Virus genome (UHGV): UHGV-0312576
DNA: 64,000 nt
Strand: one strand, 5' to 3'
Source: a virus
The notes beneath the pieces were generated by a model. That model ran no database searches. It was not told the DNA's origin and saw nothing but the letters and a program-made list of their open reading frames with translations. Positions 59,040-64,000 of the stretch are shown here, one piece after another (within the stretch, counting starts at the first letter, position 1; the number at the start of each line of letters is the position of its first letter). The position numbers were made by a program, and so were the translations under genes.

Positions 59040-59480
59040 ATGAACGAGAATATATTTAATAAGCCAGAAAAACCATTTTTATTATTGGCAGAAGATAGTG
59101 AACATTCTATCAGCTATCATTGGCTGGAGTCAGAGGAAGAATTACAAGAAGTAGCATTAGAATTAAAAGATGGGGGATGTAGAATTATTGAGGCTATTGA
59201 AATCGGCAGTTGTCGGAATGTAGAAATTAAACCAGACTATCTGGTGGATGATTTTATTGAGGAAATAAACTCAGCTTATGATAAAGCCAATGAATTAAAG
59301 TTTGATAGTGTTATTTTGTCAATAGACACTGATGCAGAAGAAACATATCATATTAATGATACTCCAGATGGATTCCAGTGTGATGAATTTGATTACTATT
59401 TTGACGATTTGGATTCTATTGCAGAGGCTTTGTTCGTTGAAAGAATGGTAGGAAAACCTGTAGAAATAAGGATTGAATAA
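59040..59480 (+). CDS. highly acidic hypothetical protein (146 aa), DNA-mimic-like composition
   Basis: D/E-rich throughout (DDFIEEINSAYD...DTDAEETYHINDTPDGFQCDEFDYYFDDLDS). Confidence 0.5.
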   Translation: MNENIFNKPEKPFLLLAEDSEHSISYHWLESEEELQEVALELKDGGCRIIEAIEIGSCRNVEIKPDYLVDDFIEEINSAYDKANELKFDSVILSIDTDAEETYHINDTPDGFQCDEFDYYFDDLDSIAEALFVERMVGKPVEIRIE

Positions 59481-59517
59481 CAGGATAAAATTAGATATTC
59501 GTTAGGAGGTAATTGGC

Positions 59518-59832
59518 ATGGGAAAGAAAGGGTATAGCAGACCAGGATTCTTTGGGGGAATTAATCACTATGATGAAAATGGACATAAGGTTGGACATAG
59601 CACCCCTGGACTATTCGGTGGGATGAATCATTATGACGAAAATGGAAATAAGACAGGATATAGTCATAGTGGTTTCCTGGGTGGCACAAATCATTATGAT
59701 TCAGATGGTCATAAGACAGGACATAGTACTCCTGGAGTGTTTGGTGGAGTAAACCATTACGATGAGTACGGTAAAAAGAAAGGTGAGAGCCTGAATGGAT
59801 TTTTCGGAGGCTGGAACCATTATGATAAGTAA
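59518..59832 (+). CDS. Gly/His-rich tandem-repeat protein (five ~19-aa G-[YH]-S-x-[PS]-G-x-F-G-G-x-N-H-Y-D-E-N-G-x-K repeats)
   Basis: 104 aa. Repeats GHSTPGLFGGMNHYDENGNKT, GYSHSGFLGGTNHYDSDGHKT, GHSTPGVFGGVNHYDEYGKKK and so on, encoded as 57-nt units that have diverged at synonymous sites. GGAGG RBS. Confidence 0.6.
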   Translation: MGKKGYSRPGFFGGINHYDENGHKVGHSTPGLFGGMNHYDENGNKTGYSHSGFLGGTNHYDSDGHKTGHSTPGVFGGVNHYDEYGKKKGESLNGFFGGWNHYDK

Positions 59833-59944
59833 TTGATAGAGGACTGGATTATCAAATCTTCTGTTGTTATAAAAACATACGTAGGAATCCTTTTTGGATA
59901 CCTACGTTTTTTAGTGCAAAAAAATAAAAAAGGAGAATATTATT

Positions 59945-60886
59945 ATGAAATCAATGGAACAAAGTAATTTACAAGCTAAAAAGATGGTGGTAGGTATGTC
60001 TAAAGATAAAATGATTGAAAAAATGAGGAAAATTAATTCCTCTCGTAATGATAATACCGACAGCCGTAAAAACGCATTGAAAATTCTTATGGGAGGTATT
60101 CCTATAGGCGACAAAGTGTTTGTCATTGTTCCGGTGGAAGATTTACATATTGATAAAGCATATCAGCGCCCAGTACAGAGTCATGTTAAAACTCTTGCAC
60201 AGGAGTGGGATGATATGAAGTGTGACCCGCTTAAAATTAATTATAGAAGCGATGGGAATTTATATGTATGGGATGGACAGCACAGACTTGTTGCTTTGAA
60301 AATGATGTGTATTGATTACGTGTTATGTGTTATAACAGTAGGTCTTTCACAATCGGATGAAGCTGCATTATTTGGGTGCCAAGGTGATAGTTTAAAGAAA
60401 CCTGATCCATATGATATTTTTAAAGCTCATGTCTGCGCAGGTGAGGCGATTGATACTGCGATTAAAGATTTGTGTGACAAATGGGGATTAATTGTAAATA
60501 GAAATAACAAAAGGGCTGGAAATTTATCATGTCTTACGCTTACAAGAGAAATTTTTAGGCGGGGACACGGAGAACACCTTGATTGGGTATTAGAATTGTT
60601 ACATGAGGCGAACTGGAATGAATTTACCAAAGCACATTGCCATAGAATAATTAATGCTTTGTATGAAATTAAAAAATCAGATGATGACGATAATAAATTT
60701 ATACAAAGAAAACTAATAACATATCTTAGAAAAACGAACCCAGATGATTTGCTTGTAAATGCAACAATACAATATCCACAATTTCAAGATGAGAGTAAAA
60801 AAATAAAATTATTTTTGCTAGATGTGGTAAATAGAATAACATCTAAAAATGGTATTTTCGAAAATCAAGATAGATTTATTGCATAA
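59945..60886 (+). CDS. ParB-like nuclease domain protein, paralogue of 30808..31635
   Basis: 'VPVEDLHIDKAYQRP' and 'CDPLKINYRSDGNLYVWDGQHRLVALKMM', with the DGQHR core motif. AAAAAGGAGAA RBS. Confidence 0.6.
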   Translation: MKSMEQSNLQAKKMVVGMSKDKMIEKMRKINSSRNDNTDSRKNALKILMGGIPIGDKVFVIVPVEDLHIDKAYQRPVQSHVKTLAQEWDDMKCDPLKINYRSDGNLYVWDGQHRLVALKMMCIDYVLCVITVGLSQSDEAALFGCQGDSLKKPDPYDIFKAHVCAGEAIDTAIKDLCDKWGLIVNRNNKRAGNLSCLTLTREIFRRGHGEHLDWVLELLHEANWNEFTKAHCHRIINALYEIKKSDDDDNKFIQRKLITYLRKTNPDDLLVNATIQYPQFQDESKKIKLFLLDVVNRITSKNGIFENQDRFIA

Positions 60887-60954
60887 GTACATATTGCTTG
60901 GTCGGTAGTGGTCAAACGCTGCCGGCTGATTTCTTAATAGATGGAGGTAGGATT

Positions 60955-61773
60955 ATGGCACAGGCGGCATTAGAAGATAATCACAAAGCAGAAATTATTA
61001 AACTCCCTGTTGAATATCAAGAGGACGTTGCACAGACGGCTCCAGAGACCCATAAAACAAAAAGAAGGACTACCATGGAGTGTCTTTACAACGAGAACGA
61101 AATAAGAGCTGTTTATAGTGTTTTTATGCGTCGAATTGAAGAAGCGGATACATTTGCCAAGGAAAGGGCTGCTAGACGCAACTTGACCATGTTTGCTTGT
61201 GCAATTGAGATCGGTTTACGTGGTGGAGATTTTTGTTCTCTAAAGTGGAGTGACATTGTTAATTCTGACTGGACATTTAATTTGGGAGCAGAATTCGTTC
61301 CACAGAAAACAAGCAAATTTGGAAAGCATATTGACCTAACTTGGGGATTGGGGTTTGAACAGGCGATGAGTGCGTGGCTGGCTTGGAAGAATACCTACAT
61401 CAGACAACAGAATATGGATGACTATATTTTTACAGCTCAAAAACCGCACAAGGATAGGAGGACTGGTGAGATGAGGATGCATATTGACCCTAAAGCTTGG
61501 TATAAAATTGTTGAAGCAGCAAGAAAAGAAGCTGGGATTAAACAGAAAATTGGAACTCATGGACTTAGAAAAACAATGGCTAATCAGTATATCAAACTCT
61601 CAGAGGATAAGTCTGAGGCGCTTCTTGATGTGTCGGAACAGTTTGGACATTCTGATGTCCGGATAACACGTAAGTATGCCTGTATCCAGCGAGAGAAAAT
61701 TAGACAGACAAAGCAAAGAATGGTCTGTTTAACAGAAGGATTGTATGATAAAATGGAGGAAGGTCATAAGTGA
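60955..61773 (+). CDS. tyrosine recombinase, catalytic domain only (no SAM-like N-domain)
   Basis: 'RRNLTMFACAIEIGLRGGD' supplies the R. 'HGLRKTMANQY' is the HxLR motif. 'FGHSDVRITRKYA' carries the catalytic Y. GGAGG RBS before MAQAAL. Confidence 0.75.
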   Translation: MAQAALEDNHKAEIIKLPVEYQEDVAQTAPETHKTKRRTTMECLYNENEIRAVYSVFMRRIEEADTFAKERAARRNLTMFACAIEIGLRGGDFCSLKWSDIVNSDWTFNLGAEFVPQKTSKFGKHIDLTWGLGFEQAMSAWLAWKNTYIRQQNMDDYIFTAQKPHKDRRTGEMRMHIDPKAWYKIVEAARKEAGIKQKIGTHGLRKTMANQYIKLSEDKSEALLDVSEQFGHSDVRITRKYACIQREKIRQTKQRMVCLTEGLYDKMEEGHK

Positions 61774-61966
61774 CTATAAGATTCGAGAGGAAAAATTAAA
61801 TTATGGAGAAATATATGAATAAGCCAGTTGAGTATAACTGGACCGAAGAAGATATAATTTCAGAATATAAGGCACTTGAAGATAAGAAGAAGGTAGCGAA
61901 AATATACTGCATAACGACAAAACAGGTTAATGAGATTCTGAAATCAAGAGGGATGTGTGATTTACA

Positions 61967-62269
61967 GTGATGAAAGGTAACAAGAGCTGGAAAGTTATGG
62001 AGAAAGTTAAAATTGACGATTGTGGATATGGGAATTGTTGTCCGGAATGTGGAAGTGTAAAAATCACAAGGCACGAGCAAAGGAATTTGGAAGTGAATAT
62101 CAATGTGGTTACAAAAAAACCTTATATAATTCACAATGGAAAGATGAAATATATGTCCAATCGAGATAAAGCAATTCACTTCGATAATGCTGATATGTCT
62201 GGTGGAGGCGGTTGCTGGAGTTACGAGTGTCGTAAGTGTGGATGGGTGAGCGATACATTTACTGAGTAA
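61967..62269 (+). CDS. zinc-ribbon protein (100 aa)
   Basis: 'CCPECG...CRKCG'. A 51-aa HTH-like ORF (~61804-61960) precedes it. Confidence 0.45.
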   Translation: MMKGNKSWKVMEKVKIDDCGYGNCCPECGSVKITRHEQRNLEVNINVVTKKPYIIHNGKMKYMSNRDKAIHFDNADMSGGGGCWSYECRKCGWVSDTFTE

Positions 62270-62311
62270 ACTAAATCAGAAGAAAGATTGATTTCAAGTG
62301 AGGATATAATT

Positions 62312-62542
62312 ATGAAGTGGAAATGGAAATATTTTATTGTTCTTTGCACTGATGACTGTTATGGTGATTTTGTAGAAAGTGCTGAGGAGGGAGAAGGATT
62401 ACTCGTATGTAACGATGTTGCAGTTGCAATATCATTTTCATCAACAGATGAATTGATAAAGTGGGTAAACGAAAATACAAGTTTAAAAGTAGAAAATGGT
62501 GATTATAAAATTGAGGGACAATATCTACCTTGTGAGTTGTAA
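62312..62542 (+). CDS. hypothetical protein (76 aa)
   Basis: AGTGAGGA RBS before MKWKWK. Confidence 0.45.
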   Translation: MKWKWKYFIVLCTDDCYGDFVESAEEGEGLLVCNDVAVAISFSSTDELIKWVNENTSLKVENGDYKIEGQYLPCEL

Positions 62543-62567
62543 TTAATGAAAACTTGGTTGTGTTTGA

Positions 62568-62792
62568 ATGGATATATATATGGAAGTTAAGGTAAGGGAT
62601 TTTATAGAAAAATGGACAGGGGATTATATAGTAGAAAATGAGAATGGTGCAGTCTATGGAACAGGAGGCCCTGATGGTAATTCACTCACAGAAGATATAT
62701 TAAATAAAGATATTGTTGATATTAGACTGGAAAGATCAATGTGGACTACAAAGAGTGGCGATATCATCTTGATTATTAAAGATAATCAGTAG
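62568..62792 (+). CDS. hypothetical protein (74 aa)
   Basis: Small ORF. Confidence 0.4.
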   Translation: MDIYMEVKVRDFIEKWTGDYIVENENGAVYGTGGPDGNSLTEDILNKDIVDIRLERSMWTTKSGDIILIIKDNQ

Positions 62793-63171
62793 AAAACTTG
62801 ATTTTAACATGAACTATGGAGAAATATATGATTGACATAAACCCTGATTTACCATTACCAGACAATTTGAAGGTAAAATACGAGGAGTGTTTGGCTAAAA
62901 TAATTTAAATGTAGAAATTGCGGGTTGAATTTTGTTGCTTATAGTCAATCTGATCAATGTCCTGTTTGTAATAGTGATAATGTAATGGAAAAGAAAGCTA
63001 TAAATGATATGGTAAATATTAGATACAATTCAGAACAGAAAAAATAACTAGTTGAGGAGGAATGAGGGTGTTTGAAATTATGAAAATGGGAGTCCACATA
63101 CATGTCCTGTAGGTGTTTTCTACCTTGATAGATGCCTACAGGGTGTGAATAATATCAAGGAGGACTCCATT

Positions 63172-63417
63172 ATGGGAAACGCGCAGAGAGGAAGAGAATA
63201 TCGGAGGTATGTAAGGAATAAGACAATATTAAGAAAAAAGTGTATCAGTCATTTAATATACGGGTTTGATTGGTATAATCATGATGGAAAGTATGCAAAG
63301 GGCAAGATTCATTGCGGCTGTGGTCTGTGTAAATATGGCAGGAAGTATGGCTTGCCTACGATTAAAGATATGAGGGAAGAATCAAGAATAAAGTCATTGT
63401 TATATGGGGCCGATTGA
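63172..63417 (+). CDS. hypothetical Cys/His-containing protein (81 aa)
   Basis: CAAGGAGGA RBS before MGNAQR. Contains 'HCGCGLCKYG'. Confidence 0.45.
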   Translation: MGNAQRGREYRRYVRNKTILRKKCISHLIYGFDWYNHDGKYAKGKIHCGCGLCKYGRKYGLPTIKDMREESRIKSLLYGAD

Positions 63418-63475
63418 TGCATAATTCCGGAATACATGGCAAATATAATTATATTATCTTTTTTAGGGAGAGTTT

Positions 63476-63736
63476 ATGAGGCCTATTTTAAAATCATATA
63501 GATTAACACATGATAATAAGGAATTATATGCTTATGTAGAAAAGCTGAAGGCACAAGGATGGCAATATAATATATCTGAGGGCGGTTGTATTTCACCAGA
63601 TAGGTCAACAATTTTTGTGGATTTTCGTGATCCGTATTATGGACAATTGATGTGTCGTTCTGGCGCGAAGCAGAATGAATATGAAAATATTGTAAATATG
63701 TTTATGGAATCAGGAGATTTTGTTGAGATAAAATAA
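63476..63736 (+). CDS. hypothetical protein (86 aa)
   Basis: GGGAGAG RBS. Confidence 0.45.
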   Translation: MRPILKSYRLTHDNKELYAYVEKLKAQGWQYNISEGGCISPDRSTIFVDFRDPYYGQLMCRSGAKQNEYENIVNMFMESGDFVEIK

Positions 63737-63774
63737 TTATGCGAGCATAAGAAATAACTATTTGATGTGATAAT

Positions 63775-64000
63775 TAAAATTGGTAATAAAAGGACTGAAA
63801 TTCGTCAGTCCTTTTTTGTACGATGGAAGGTTGGATCATTAGTACGACCTACTAAATAGTCAATTGAAACTTGAAAATAGTCAGCAATTTTAATTACCAT
63901 ATCAAGACTAGGCTTTCGCTGTTCATTTTCAAAATTGCTAATAGTACCACGTGTTGTACTGAGATCTTTACTTAATTGTTCCATTGTGAGATTCTTACTT
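63775..64000 (-). CDS. HTH XRE-family regulator, 5'-truncated by the window edge
   Basis: Minus-strand translation '...NLTMEQLSKDLSTTRGTISNFENEQRKPSLDMVIKIADYFQVSIDYLVGRTN...' is a classic HTH_3 motif. The frame stays open to position 64000. Coordinates approximate. Confidence 0.5.
63793..63817. terminator. bidirectional Rho-independent terminator
   Basis: GGACTGA-AATTCG-TCAGTCC gives a perfect 7-bp stem. Flanked by an A-run on the left and a T-run on the right. Confidence 0.55.

Noticed and set aside
1-64000. Recurrent (A)TAGGAGAGTA and AGAGTAGT words at about 222, 4039, 11364, 18857, 20901, 21301, 24161, 30341 and 36421
   Set aside because: Several copies lie inside CDSs, where on the minus strand they encode YSPI or LLSY. 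The remaining intergenic copies are too few and too short to separate from the AT-rich background without a statistical test. I did not treat them as a repeat family.
1-64000. Reverse transcriptase, DGR, retron or CRISPR-Cas components
   Set aside because: I looked for RT motifs (YxDD) and Cas-like large ORFs and found none. The only large unknown is the 871-aa protein, which has no RT motif.

Overview
The whole 64 kb window reads as one AT-rich temperate tailed phage or prophage of a low-GC Gram-positive, Clostridia-like host. The host call rests on the NlpC/P60 endolysin with choline-binding-type repeats and on AGGAGG-type ribosome-binding sites. I could not run any searches. Every call below rests on motifs read directly from the sequence, on gene order, and on established knowledge of the families named.

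Minus-strand late operon (about 18.7 kb down to 4.6 kb):
- It runs small-terminase-like, large terminase, portal, scaffold/protease, major capsid, small structural proteins, holin, endolysin.
- No tape-measure or tail-fibre gene is visible before the lysis cassette.
- Left of the lysis cassette sit accessory genes: a KilAC antirepressor, an Hjc-like nuclease, a membrane protein and a DUF262 ParB-fold protein.

Integrase and replication region (18.7 to 42.3 kb):
- A tyrosine integrase lies beside a degenerate tRNA-Lys-like element.
- Then come HU, an Mre11-like phosphoesterase, a beta-CASP MBL nuclease, four tRNAs, an 871-aa unknown, dCMP deaminase, two ParB-like proteins and a GIY-YIG protein.
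- Two paralogous winged-HTH Rep-like proteins flank this module, and iterons lie upstream of one of them.
- A GC-richer IS110-family insertion sits here, with a roughly 0.5 kb 3' non-coding tail that could encode a bridge/seekRNA.

Most striking accessory genes:
- A RelA/SpoT-homologue (toxSAS/CapRel-like) gene with a tightly linked 66-aa upstream ORF.
- A translationally coupled Ku plus LigD-ligase NHEJ pair.
- A TehB-like methyltransferase.

Switch region and early genes:
- A roughly 1 kb strand-asymmetric non-coding region full of palindromes and CACAAT repeats.
- A cI/cro-like divergent HTH switch.
- About 20 kb of tightly packed small plus-strand early genes. These include acidic DNA-mimic-like proteins, a Gly/His 19-aa tandem-repeat protein, a third ParB-like paralogue, a tyrosine recombinase that lacks its N-terminal domain, and a free-standing integrase SAM-like N-domain ORF.
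- An ORF-poor, GC-richer 1.1 kb island at 45.1 to 46.2 kb.

CDS coordinates come from the ORF track, which uses ATG, GTG and TTG starts, trimmed to the likeliest start where an RBS supports it. Non-CDS coordinates are approximate to within a few nucleotides.
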